Below, piece by piece: positions 1 through 8,660 of a stretch of DNA of 38,459 bases. This stretch comes from an uncultured Anaerolineae bacterium. Its GTDB lineage: Bacteria; Chloroflexota; Anaerolineae; B4-G1; SLSP01. The position numbers were made by a program, and so were the translations under genes. Numbering within the stretch: position 1 is the stretch's first letter; each line of letters opens with the position of its first letter. The notes under the pieces are model-generated. The model had not been told where the DNA came from, searched no databases, and worked only from the letters and a program-made list of their open reading frames with translations. The stretch spans positions 1-38,459 of the forward strand of contig CBFCZM010000002.1 of NCBI GenBank assembly GCA_965602565.1. Reading direction: 5' to 3'.

Positions 1-271
1 CCTGCGCCGCTCTCTGCCCCGGCCGAGGCAGCTTTGGGGGCTGGCGGGGCTCAGCAGGGGGGGGGGGGGGTTTGGCATGGCGCTATACCTGACATTGTGT
101 AAGGTGGTGACCGGCGCCGATATCGGTAGTCGTCCGCTGTTGTCGCTGGCCATTTTGCTGATGATCCTGGGCGTTCAGTTCCTGATCATGGGGCTGCTGG
201 GGGAGATCCAGGCGCGTACCTACTTCGAGGTCCAGAATAAGCCGATCTATGTGATCCGCCTAGAGGAGTAG
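1..271 (+). CDS. Glycosyltransferase family 2 (polyprenyl-phosphate sugar synthase, ArnC/GtrB/DPM1-like), C-terminal fragment. The 5' end lies off the window.
   Basis: The frame starting at nt 2 is open to the TAG at 269-271. The C-terminal TM segment plus 'LLGEIQARTYFEVQNKPIYVI' is the typical tail of GT2 Dpm1/GtrB-like enzymes. It sits directly upstream of, and is coupled to, a GT39/ArnT-like gene. It contains a G14 run. Confidence 0.65.
   Translation, partial: LRRSLPRPRQLWGLAGLSRGGGGFGMALYLTLCKVVTGADIGSRPLLSLAILLMILGVQFLIMGLLGEIQARTYFEVQNKPIYVIRLEE
57..70 (+). repeat. Homopolymeric G14 tract inside the GT2 coding frame (encodes R-G-G-G-G)
   Basis: Direct count: positions 57-70 are all G. 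The reading frame is maintained across the tract. Confidence 0.95.
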
Positions 272-272
272 C

Positions 273-3200
273 GTGGGGCGCCAGTCGCTTGACGAATCAG
301 CGATCCGAATAGTCATGCTCAGCGCCGCGATTTTCATCGTGGCGCTTTTCGTACGCCTTACGCCGCTTGGGCTCTATGTCACGCCCGATGAGCCGATCTG
401 GGTGATGCGAAGTGTTGAGTTTCTGCAGGCAGTTGAGGCCGGCGATTGGGCTGACGTTCCGCAAACAGGACACCCAGGCATCACGACGATGGCGCTGGGT
501 GCCCTGGGCGTGAAGACTATGGCGTGGCTGCAGCCTGATGCGGCGGCGGACCATCAGGACTGGATCGCCAGAATGGCCTGGCTCGCCCCGGAGAATGCTG
601 AGGCCTTCGAGCACCTCACCTTCTTCTTGCCAGCCGGACGTGTGCTTGTGGCTATTGTCGCCTGCGCGGGGCTGGTTTGGGCCTATCAGCTTGGGCGGCA
701 GCGTCTCGGCGCGCGCACTTCGCGATGGATGGTGCTTCTCCTGGCACTGGACCCCTTTTTCGCGGGCCATTCAGGTCTTCTGCACACCGATGCGCTCCAG
801 GCCACCTTTGCTCTGCTTGCCGTTTTGCTGGCGCTCCCGCGGGCAGAACCCGGTCCTGCACCGCACACGCGCAGCCAGCGCATACGCCGGGTTATGCTCT
901 TGGTTCTCGCGGCGCTGTGTCTGGCCCTTTCTGGGCTGACCAAGACGCTGGGGCTGTTGGTGGCACCGGGGCTAGCCTTTGCGATTCTTCTGTGGGGCGA
1001 GGGGACGTTGAGGCAGCGGTCTGTACAGGTTGCCCTCATTGCCGTCCTGGCCGTGATCTTCTTGCTGATGTTCTATCCCCCTTTCTGGGTAGCGCCGCGT
1101 GCTGCCGTGGACTCGCTGATCGGAGCTATCACCTACCACGAAGGTATTGGCCTGCGGCCGGTGTTTTTCCTGGGTGAGATGCGTACAGATCCTGGGCCGG
1201 CCTTCTACCCTCTGATCCTCCTGTTCCGGATGACGCCGCCTGTACTCCTAGGGCTGGCCGCCGCGCTGTTCGGCGCCTCGCGCTCCAGACGCCGCGCCGC
1301 AGACGGCGGCGCCGCAAACGGCGATGTGCGCCGGCTTCCGCGTTGGGGAGTGCTGGCGGCGCTGGCTTACTTGGTCGCGCTGACCGTGGCGGCGAAGAAG
1401 TTCGATCGCTATGTCCTTACCGTGATTCCGTTGCTCACTCCGGTGGCTGCGTCCGCATGGTCGCAGGCCAAGCGTGGTTGGCAGCGGGTGGCCTTGGGAC
1501 TGCTTCTGCTGCCTTGGGCGCTTGTTGCCATAGTTCCTCTCCACTACGCGTCCCCGTTTCTCGGCGGGCCCTGGGGTGCTCAGGCGGTTATTCCGTTGGG
1601 GTGGGGTGAGGCGTCGGGGCTGGCGGCCCGCAAGCTGAACCGGCTGCTGCCTGCGCCGGAGACGGCTACCGTTCTCACTGAGAATGTCCCCGGCACGGCG
1701 GCCCTCTTCTCGGGTGAGACCTGGCCACGGACCGTAGCGACGGTGGGATGTGCCGATGCCATCATCGGCCAGAGATCTGCCGCTGACGAAGGCTATGCGG
1801 TGGCGGAGCGGCTTCGTGTCGCCGGCCGTGAGGTGGCGACGATCTATACCGCCGCTCCGGCTGAGCCTTCATCCCTGCCACTACTATGCGCCGGTCCGCT
1901 TCCGGGCCTCTCGGCGGCACCGGTGCCTGAGGAGTCCACGCCGGATGGTCTTGCGGCCTGGCTCAATGCGACCGTGGATCCGGAGACGTCCTTCCTGTGG
2001 GTGCACGCCCCACTGTGCTATCCGCTCGCCGAGTCTCAGCTTGAGACGCTCTTCGCTGCAGGCGAGCAGGCTGGGCGTCTGGTGTGCGAGCCCGCCTCGC
2101 CGGTGGCCGGCTTTGAGGCGGAGCAATGCCGGCTGTTCACGGCGATACGGGCGACGGCGCCCTATCTGGCCCGTTTCGCCGGCGTGGTCGATCTGGTGAG
2201 TGTCGCGTGGGCCGAGCCGGTGCAGGCTCTGGGTCCCTTGACTGTGCAGATGCGGTGGCTGCCCCATACGACGATTGGGGAATTGGAGATCTATCTAGCT
2301 CTGCAGACCGGTGACGGGGCGCGGGAGATCATCTGGGCCGACGATGGGCAGCGCGTCGTCAATGACTGGGGCTGGCCCGCACCCAACTGGCTGACCGGGG
2401 CAGTCACTGATGGCCAGGCCTACGTCGCTATACCGCTGGACCTTCCGCCCGGCACCTACACTCTGGTGATGTCGCTGTCTGGCTCGGATGGTTGGCTGGG
2501 GCTCACGCGCAGCGACGGTTCCTTTGGCGGCACCCAGTTGGTGCTGGGGGATGTGGTTGTCGATGCCCCGCCATATCCAGTGCCGCAGCTTGACCGGCTA
2601 ATCGCTCGCGATGCTGTGTGGCCCGGGTTGCACGTCATCGGTGTGGAGCTGCCGGAGATGCAGTTGATGGCCGGGCGGGCGATGCAGTTCTCATTGGGCC
2701 TGGAGCGTCGCGAGGGGCCGTCTTCAGATGCACTTGCGTGGGAACTGGTCTGTGGGGCAGCGCGACTTCAGGGAGGTCTCCTCCCGTGGGCCCCATCAGC
2801 CCCCGAGGTGTGGCCTGTTGGGCACCGGTATGAGGTGAAGTATGCGCCGCTGCTTTCTTCTGACCTACCTGAGGGGAGATGCACGTTGGCCGTGTGGCCT
2901 GTGAATGGCGAGGGGCTCCCGGCTGAGCATGGGGGCAGGTCTCAGACCTGCCCGTACGGCCCCCCGTGCGGGGGGGCGGGGGCTGATGCCGTCATCGTGG
3001 GTGAGGTCTCTGTGCAGCAGCGCTCGCGTGACTTCGTGTTGCCGCGCAAGCCCGACATTCCGTTGGCGGTCACGGTTGCGGGGTTCGGTGAGCTTGTCGG
3101 CGCGGACCTGGCGGCGCTTGAGCCCCGGCAGGGGGATGATCTGGCTGTCACGCTCTACTGGCGAGCTCTGGGGCCTGCGGCGGCTGACTATACGGTGTTC

Positions 3201-3470
3201 GTCCATCTGGTCGATCCCGACAACGGGATTCTGGCGCAGTCTGATGCCTGGCCGGATGGCGGCTTTGCGCCGACAACCACATGGTCTGAGGGCGAGATCA
3301 TTGTCGACCGCCACGTCTTGAGGGTGCCGGCGGCCTTGCCTGCCGGGGAATATGGGCTCTATGTGGGAATGTACGAAGCCAGGCGCGGCACGCGGCAGGC
3401 GCTTTACGCGGCGGGTGTGCGACTGGATGAAGACCGTGCGCAGTTCAGCTTGATTGAGATCCAGCCATAG
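273..3470 (+). CDS. Large polytopic membrane glycosyltransferase (GT39/GT83, ArnT/PMT-like) with an extracytoplasmic C-terminal extension of about 600 aa
   Basis: 1065-aa ORF. GTG start 4 nt after a GAGGAG and 1 nt after the GT2 stop. The N-terminal ~480 aa hold many TM helices with a PMT/ArnT-like layout. The C-terminal part has repeated modules ending 'LPPGTYTL', 'LPEGRCTL' and 'LPAGEYGL'. Confidence 0.8.
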   Translation: MGRQSLDESAIRIVMLSAAIFIVALFVRLTPLGLYVTPDEPIWVMRSVEFLQAVEAGDWADVPQTGHPGITTMALGALGVKTMAWLQPDAAADHQDWIARMAWLAPENAEAFEHLTFFLPAGRVLVAIVACAGLVWAYQLGRQRLGARTSRWMVLLLALDPFFAGHSGLLHTDALQATFALLAVLLALPRAEPGPAPHTRSQRIRRVMLLVLAALCLALSGLTKTLGLLVAPGLAFAILLWGEGTLRQRSVQVALIAVLAVIFLLMFYPPFWVAPRAAVDSLIGAITYHEGIGLRPVFFLGEMRTDPGPAFYPLILLFRMTPPVLLGLAAALFGASRSRRRAADGGAANGDVRRLPRWGVLAALAYLVALTVAAKKFDRYVLTVIPLLTPVAASAWSQAKRGWQRVALGLLLLPWALVAIVPLHYASPFLGGPWGAQAVIPLGWGEASGLAARKLNRLLPAPETATVLTENVPGTAALFSGETWPRTVATVGCADAIIGQRSAADEGYAVAERLRVAGREVATIYTAAPAEPSSLPLLCAGPLPGLSAAPVPEESTPDGLAAWLNATVDPETSFLWVHAPLCYPLAESQLETLFAAGEQAGRLVCEPASPVAGFEAEQCRLFTAIRATAPYLARFAGVVDLVSVAWAEPVQALGPLTVQMRWLPHTTIGELEIYLALQTGDGAREIIWADDGQRVVNDWGWPAPNWLTGAVTDGQAYVAIPLDLPPGTYTLVMSLSGSDGWLGLTRSDGSFGGTQLVLGDVVVDAPPYPVPQLDRLIARDAVWPGLHVIGVELPEMQLMAGRAMQFSLGLERREGPSSDALAWELVCGAARLQGGLLPWAPSAPEVWPVGHRYEVKYAPLLSSDLPEGRCTLAVWPVNGEGLPAEHGGRSQTCPYGPPCGGAGADAVIVGEVSVQQRSRDFVLPRKPDIPLAVTVAGFGELVGADLAALEPRQGDDLAVTLYWRALGPAAADYTVFVHLVDPDNGILAQSDAWPDGGFAPTTTWSEGEIIVDRHVLRVPAALPAGEYGLYVGMYEARRGTRQALYAAGVRLDEDRAQFSLIEIQP

Positions 3471-3492
3471 CGCGAGGGTTGCTGGATCCCAC

Positions 3493-3510
3493 AGCGCCGG
3501 TCGCGGCGCT
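3493..3510. terminator. GC hairpin between the convergent GT39 and CHAT genes (AGCGCCG-GTCG-CGGCGCT)
   Basis: Perfect 7-bp inverted repeat seen directly. There is no U-tract, so terminator function is uncertain. Confidence 0.3.
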
Positions 3511-6500
3511 ACTCGCCGCGCTTGGAGTCCCGGAGTCGTGTCACAGCTTCGTCTATCCGCCGCTTGTGTGCGTAGAGTTCCTCAAGAAGTGAGAGAACCT
3601 TGCCGTGCTCGGGTTTTCCCAGATACTCGTAGTGCTGTAGAGCTTCCTCGATCACCTGAATTGCCATCTCAGTGTTGCCCATTTTCTCGAAGAGACGTCC
3701 GATATCTGTGAGATTGTCCGCGATGCACCGTCGATCGCCCAGTTGCCGGCATATCTGTAGACTGGCAGCAAAACGCTCTAGAGCGCTCTCAGGACGCTCC
3801 ATCTGTTCCAGAACGAGTCCTTGTTCGCGTTCGACGATCGCCAGATTGTTGGGGTAGCCAAGGGCTTCGTAGTGCTCTTTGGCTGCCTGGCTGCATACAA
3901 GGGCCTGCCGGAGATTGAGGTCTTCTCGATGGGCGGTTGCCAGTCTGTACATGCAGGCTGCTTCTGCTTCCCGGTCTTCCTCCTCGCGGGCAATGCGGAG
4001 CGCCTGTCTGTACTTCTCGATCGCGGCTGTGGGGTCGCTGAGTCGCTGCTTCACGTTACCGGCGCGCAGTAGAACGTAGGCACGCTGGATTCCGCCTTCG
4101 TCAGGATCCAGCGATACGTAGACATCTTCGTAGACAGTAAGGGCTGTGGAGAGCGGACCTTCCTCCAGTTTCAGTCTGACAAATGACTCGACCTCATTGC
4201 CGGTGCTCGGACCGCTGTCGTTCGCGCTGAGCATCGCTTGCAGTATCTCTCTGGATAGGTCGCGCTGGCCCAGTTGATTAAGCACCGGTGCGATAGTCTG
4301 GATGATCTGTGTTGCTGCTGTGATGTCGCCGGCCTGCATCAAGTGATACTGCCACGCGTATGCTGAGGCCACCAACCGGGCCTTTCCCTCAGTTGTCTGC
4401 TCCTGTCGCAGCCGGATACCCAGAATGCCGCTGGCATCTCTCGCCAGCCAACCAATTCGATCCTCTGCCCAACTGGTGATACTGCGCGCAAGTAATTGAC
4501 GTCGCGCCGCGTCATAGTATGGCGCCGCGTAGTACCTGGCAGCCTGCAGATGGAGCGCCTTGAACTCATCGTCACTCAGCCCATCCAAGACGACCCGGCG
4601 AACCGGGTCCGCTATCCTGAACCGCTGCCGGGCGTCGTCCGGGGCAGCCGGTTCAGCCAGGCCAAAACACAACCAGCTCTGGATCAGTGGGAGGGCATGC
4701 TGGGCGGCGACCAGGGTGAGACCGGAGACGGTCTGCTCAGTGAAAGGTTGCACCAAGAAGGACAGAGCCTGAAGAACACCATACTCGCCAGGATCCATCT
4801 GAGTCAAGATGTCCGCAACCAGGATGTCAACCCAGGTTTCCGGTGATCTAGCTTCTGTTGGCCCATAGTCTCCGAGCGACTGCAGGTCATTCCCCAAGAT
4901 CAGCCATCGATCCAGAACTTGGAGTGCTTGCGGATGTCCTCCAAGCTGTGCGTAGACCGCTCGCTTCTCCGCTGAGGAACTTACCGCTTGTCGCAGGGCC
5001 GGCAGTTGGTTGATCACCTGGATGGCGTGCTGCAGCGACAGCAGCGGAAGGCGGATCTCTCTGCGGCGCCCAGCTGCTATGCTAGCCAGATCTTCCCAGC
5101 GACGTCCGCCTGTGAAGAAGAAGAGCGCCTTGCTGGGCTCTCTGAGCAATCCCAATAATGCCTGGCGCAGCGTATCGTTCTGCAGCCGAGCTTGACCCTC
5201 GGGAGGTGTACCAAACCACGTATCCAGGTTTTCGAAGACGAGCAGGTAGCGTTTCTGTGCCAGGAGCTGCTGGGCCCTCTGTGCCCGCTGGAAAGGGGCC
5301 TGATGCGCATCCAGCAGCAGGTCTGCTGCCTGTGGATCAGCCTCAGGCAAGCTCGTTCTCCAGAAGTCAGCGATCTTGGCAAGGGTGGTTAGTGGATCGA
5401 GTTCCTCACGACAACGGATGGTCAGAACTGCGCCACGTCTCGCGGCAAGGCGCTCTATGACATACGACGTGAACACCTGTTTGCCGACCCCGTCGCCGCC
5501 CAGGATGTAGAAGATGCTGGCCTCTTCGCGCAATGCCTTCCGGATGACCTGGATCTCACGTGTGCGCCCTACCAGAGGCAAGGTGGGCAGCGGGTTGATC
5601 ACGGCGTCGATCTCGAGAGTCTCGTTCTGTGTGGATTCTTGGGACGGTGACCGAATGAGCCTGAGATCTGCTGCTTTCTGAATGAGCGCCGGTACTCCCC
5701 ACTCAAAACGCTGCTGGCTGCTTTCTGTCTCCCGGTCGGCTTGCTGCACTGCTGCGCGTGTCCTGTGCAGGCTCTCTTGGACGGTCCCACCCTGAGCGAT
5801 CCCACCGTAGAGTGTTCTGTAGAGAGCCGTAGCGGTGGATGCCGAAAGGGTGACCGGCACTGTCAGCACGCCGGGGATCTCGTGGTCCATGAGCTCAGTG
5901 GCAACGCTCTGGAACGCATCAAGAAGGCCGACCTGGGATTTCTGGCAAGCGGCCAGGGTGAGGAGCCCGGGGGACTTCCCTTTGAGAAATCGGGGCAACT
6001 GCGTGCCGCTCAGGAGTTCCGTTTGGCCGAGCTCATCCTCAAAGCAGAGGAAACCCTGGTGCTGCGGCAGGCGGTATGTAGCATGCCCAACGTAGTGGAT
6101 GATGTGGTAAGGTTCCTCGCCGGTTCGCTCAAGGAGCGCGCCGGACGTGGGCTCCGGCAGGATGTCCATCTCCAGTATGCCACGTGCGAGCCACTGTTCG
6201 AGGGATGTCTGGAGGATCCCCAACTCCGCCAGCGCGTCAAATGCCACTTGATCGGTTGGTGCAGGCACAACGGCCAAGATGCGCAGCGGCGAATCGGTAG
6301 GGGGCGCGGTGTCGATGGCGGCTGCACCGGATGGCCTGCGGCTGAGTAACAGCTTGCCTGTCAGGCATGGGAAGTGTTCTCCGTCGAAGAGGTACTCCCA
6401 GGGCTGGCGTGCCAGGTGAGCCGCCTCAGGGGTGAAGACAAGGGTTAGTTGGTGGCTCGCCTGATCGGGGTGCTGGGCTATGTAGCTCCCAAGGACAGAC

Positions 6501-6769
6501 CCATCGCCGAAGAGATATCGGAAGAGGCGCGAGCCTTGAGCAGCTAGCTGGGCTGGGCCGGATTCGCCCTTCGGAATGCCACTCCGACGACGCTTTCCAT
6601 CCGCGACCAGGCTGTCCTGATCAATGAGCCAGAGAGGGCCAAGATGGGTCGTGTGCGTCGTCTCGTGCTGGAACTCGTTCCGTAGAATCTCTTGTCCGTC
6701 GGGGCACGTGGTGACTGCAACGTAGTGATTCCCCAGTCTCTGGATCCTTACCTGAAGTTCAGGGCTCAC
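3509..6769 (-). CDS. CHAT (caspase-like) protease - STAND P-loop NTPase - TPR repeat protein
   Basis: 1086-aa ORF. GTG start with GGAG 8 nt upstream. CHAT hallmarks: 'RQPWEYLFD', 'HIIHYVGHA' (His) and 'LLTLAACQKS' (Cys). P-loop 'ILGGDGVGKQ' and Walker B-like 'YLLVFENLD'. The C-terminal ~250 aa are TPR-like helical repeats. Confidence 0.85.
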   Translation of the reverse strand: MSPELQVRIQRLGNHYVAVTTCPDGQEILRNEFQHETTHTTHLGPLWLIDQDSLVADGKRRRSGIPKGESGPAQLAAQGSRLFRYLFGDGSVLGSYIAQHPDQASHQLTLVFTPEAAHLARQPWEYLFDGEHFPCLTGKLLLSRRPSGAAAIDTAPPTDSPLRILAVVPAPTDQVAFDALAELGILQTSLEQWLARGILEMDILPEPTSGALLERTGEEPYHIIHYVGHATYRLPQHQGFLCFEDELGQTELLSGTQLPRFLKGKSPGLLTLAACQKSQVGLLDAFQSVATELMDHEIPGVLTVPVTLSASTATALYRTLYGGIAQGGTVQESLHRTRAAVQQADRETESSQQRFEWGVPALIQKAADLRLIRSPSQESTQNETLEIDAVINPLPTLPLVGRTREIQVIRKALREEASIFYILGGDGVGKQVFTSYVIERLAARRGAVLTIRCREELDPLTTLAKIADFWRTSLPEADPQAADLLLDAHQAPFQRAQRAQQLLAQKRYLLVFENLDTWFGTPPEGQARLQNDTLRQALLGLLREPSKALFFFTGGRRWEDLASIAAGRRREIRLPLLSLQHAIQVINQLPALRQAVSSSAEKRAVYAQLGGHPQALQVLDRWLILGNDLQSLGDYGPTEARSPETWVDILVADILTQMDPGEYGVLQALSFLVQPFTEQTVSGLTLVAAQHALPLIQSWLCFGLAEPAAPDDARQRFRIADPVRRVVLDGLSDDEFKALHLQAARYYAAPYYDAARRQLLARSITSWAEDRIGWLARDASGILGIRLRQEQTTEGKARLVASAYAWQYHLMQAGDITAATQIIQTIAPVLNQLGQRDLSREILQAMLSANDSGPSTGNEVESFVRLKLEEGPLSTALTVYEDVYVSLDPDEGGIQRAYVLLRAGNVKQRLSDPTAAIEKYRQALRIAREEEDREAEAACMYRLATAHREDLNLRQALVCSQAAKEHYEALGYPNNLAIVEREQGLVLEQMERPESALERFAASLQICRQLGDRRCIADNLTDIGRLFEKMGNTEMAIQVIEEALQHYEYLGKPEHGKVLSLLEELYAHKRRIDEAVTRLRDSKRGE

Positions 6770-6803
6770 CGCTCACTCCTTTACGAGTGTTGACTATGTT
6801 GGC

Positions 6804-6828
6804 GTAGGCGAGGGATTGCATCGCCTAC
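6804..6828 (-). terminator. 8-bp hairpin between the der stop and the CHAT gene start (GTAGGCGA-N9-TCGCCTAC)
   Basis: Perfect inverted repeat seen directly. It has no U-tract, so it could be a der terminator or an RNA-processing element. Confidence 0.3.
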
Positions 6829-6869
6829 CTATCCCCACGATGGCCATCGGCACAAGTCCAACGCTGATG

Positions 6870-8258
6870 CTATTGCTTGTCTCTGCTCGTTTGACGTCCT
6901 TTGAGTGTCACTTTGATGGGAGTGCCAGGGAAGGGGTATATGTTGCGGATGCAGTTCTTCAGGTACCGTTGGTATGAGAAGTGCACGAGATCCGGGTTGT
7001 TAACGTAGAAGGTGAAGTGCGGCGGTGCGACCTCAGTTTGTGCGCCGAAGTAGATTCTCAGCCGCCGCCCTCCACTGCTGGGTGGCGCGTGGTCCAGAAG
7101 CGCTTGCTGTACCACATCGTTGAGCTGGGCAGTGGGAATACGTTGATATCTGGCCTCGACAATCTCCTGTGAGGTCGGAAGAATGCGACTGACGTTCATC
7201 CCGGTGAGAGCTGAGATGAAGAGCACCGGGATGAAGTTGAGGAACTGCAGCTGTTCACGGACGTGGTCTTCGATGTCTTGCCGGTGTAGGCGCAATTCCG
7301 GCTCGACGGCATCCCACTTGTTGACGAGGACGACCACGCTGACACCTTCGGCGACGGTCATACCGGCAATGTGGGCATCCTGGGCAGTTATGCCTACCGT
7401 TGCATCGATCAACAGCAGAGCCAGGTCAGCCCGTTTCAGGGCTCGGGCCGTCCGCAGTACACTGTACTTCTCCACGCCCACATCGATCTTGCCGCGACGC
7501 CGGATGCCAGCTGTGTCCACCAGGATGATCTTCTGCCCTTTCCACATCATCTCTGTGTCCACCGCATCACGCGTGGTACCCGGTACCGGGCTGACGATGG
7601 CGCGTTCTTGACCCAGAAGACGGTTCAGCAGCGAAGACTTACCCACGTTGGGGCGACCAATCAAGGCAATGCGGACAGCTTCATTCTCGGGTCCCTCAGG
7701 GTCCTCAACACCGGGTAGTCTAGCCGCGATGGCGTCAAGCAAGTCACCGACCCCCATCCCGTGGATGGCAGAGAGCGTGCGTACCTCTCCCATACCCAGT
7801 TCGTAGAACTCATACGCGATCAACTCGCGGGTCTCGCTCTCCGCCTTGTTAGCGGCGACCATCATGGGTTTCTCTGACTTTCGCAGCAGGTCGGCTACCT
7901 CGCGATCGGCGCCGGTGAGCCCTGTGCTGGCGTCGGTCAGGAATATGATCAGATCAGCTTCCTGAATCGCCACCTCGGCTTGTGCTCGAATCAAAGGAAT
8001 GAATGCTTCGGAGTCTACCAGCAGCGGTTCCGTCTCAAGTGCACGGCGCCCCGCCTCCACAGTCGCCGGGAGGATTTCGATGCCGCCTGTGTCTACAATC
8101 AGGAAAGAGCGTCCATTCCATTCGGTTTCAGCCACAATCCGATCGCGAGTGGTGCCCGGAATGTCGCTCACAACCGCCCGGCGCTCGCCGACGATGCGAT
8201 TGAACAGCGTTGATTTGCCCACATTGGGGCGCCCAACGATTGCCACGAGTGGTTTCAC
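6870..8258 (-). CDS. der: Ribosome-biogenesis GTPase Der (EngA), with tandem GTPase domains plus a KH-like domain
   Basis: 462 aa. Two G1 motifs, 'GRPNVGKST' and 'GRPNVGKSS'. GTG start with GGAG 7 nt upstream. Confidence 0.97.
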   Translation of the reverse strand: MKPLVAIVGRPNVGKSTLFNRIVGERRAVVSDIPGTTRDRIVAETEWNGRSFLIVDTGGIEILPATVEAGRRALETEPLLVDSEAFIPLIRAQAEVAIQEADLIIFLTDASTGLTGADREVADLLRKSEKPMMVAANKAESETRELIAYEFYELGMGEVRTLSAIHGMGVGDLLDAIAARLPGVEDPEGPENEAVRIALIGRPNVGKSSLLNRLLGQERAIVSPVPGTTRDAVDTEMMWKGQKIILVDTAGIRRRGKIDVGVEKYSVLRTARALKRADLALLLIDATVGITAQDAHIAGMTVAEGVSVVVLVNKWDAVEPELRLHRQDIEDHVREQLQFLNFIPVLFISALTGMNVSRILPTSQEIVEARYQRIPTAQLNDVVQQALLDHAPPSSGGRRLRIYFGAQTEVAPPHFTFYVNNPDLVHFSYQRYLKNCIRNIYPFPGTPIKVTLKGRQTSRDKQ

Positions 8259-8315
8259 TGTAATACTCCGAAACTCAGCGCTCCCCTGGAGCGTTGGCGC
8301 ATGATTGGCAACTTA

Positions 8316-8344
8316 AGTATACCTAGAATAGCCGAAGGTCGCAA
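8316..8344 (-). promoter_or_regulatory. Candidate sigma-70-type promoter for der
   Basis: On the minus strand: -35 TTGCGA (8344-8339), a 17-nt spacer, and -10 TATACT (8321-8316), about 55 nt upstream of the der start. This is a pattern match only. Confidence 0.35.
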
Positions 8345-8660
8345 TCTAACTTGGGGTCCCGCGCCCAGTTCAGACTCGGGCGAATGCCCAAGAAAGGTCT
8401 CTTGCCGGACCACCAGACTGTCTCCTACCCATCCTGAACTGGGTATTGGTACATCCGGTGTTCACGGCGGTGGGTCCAGCGGGTGACGATGGGCCAGAAA
8501 AGCATCTTGTCAACGGGATTGTGACGATACACTCCCTGCTATTGCCCCCAAGAAGGAAGTACGCTCCGGGATCTCTGCCGTGGCGTTTGGCATTTCTGTT
8601 CCCTTGTGGCACAATGGCCCCCAGATAGACCATTATACCTTATCTGTGAGGTGCGGCTGA

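Noticed and set aside
2951-2975. Strong GC inverted repeat (CCCCCCG-TG-CGGGGGG) with a G7 run inside the GT39 coding region
   Set aside because: It lies in-frame within a Gly/Pro-rich coding stretch ('CPYGPPCGGAGA'), the loop is too small for a stable hairpin, and nothing suggests a regulatory role.
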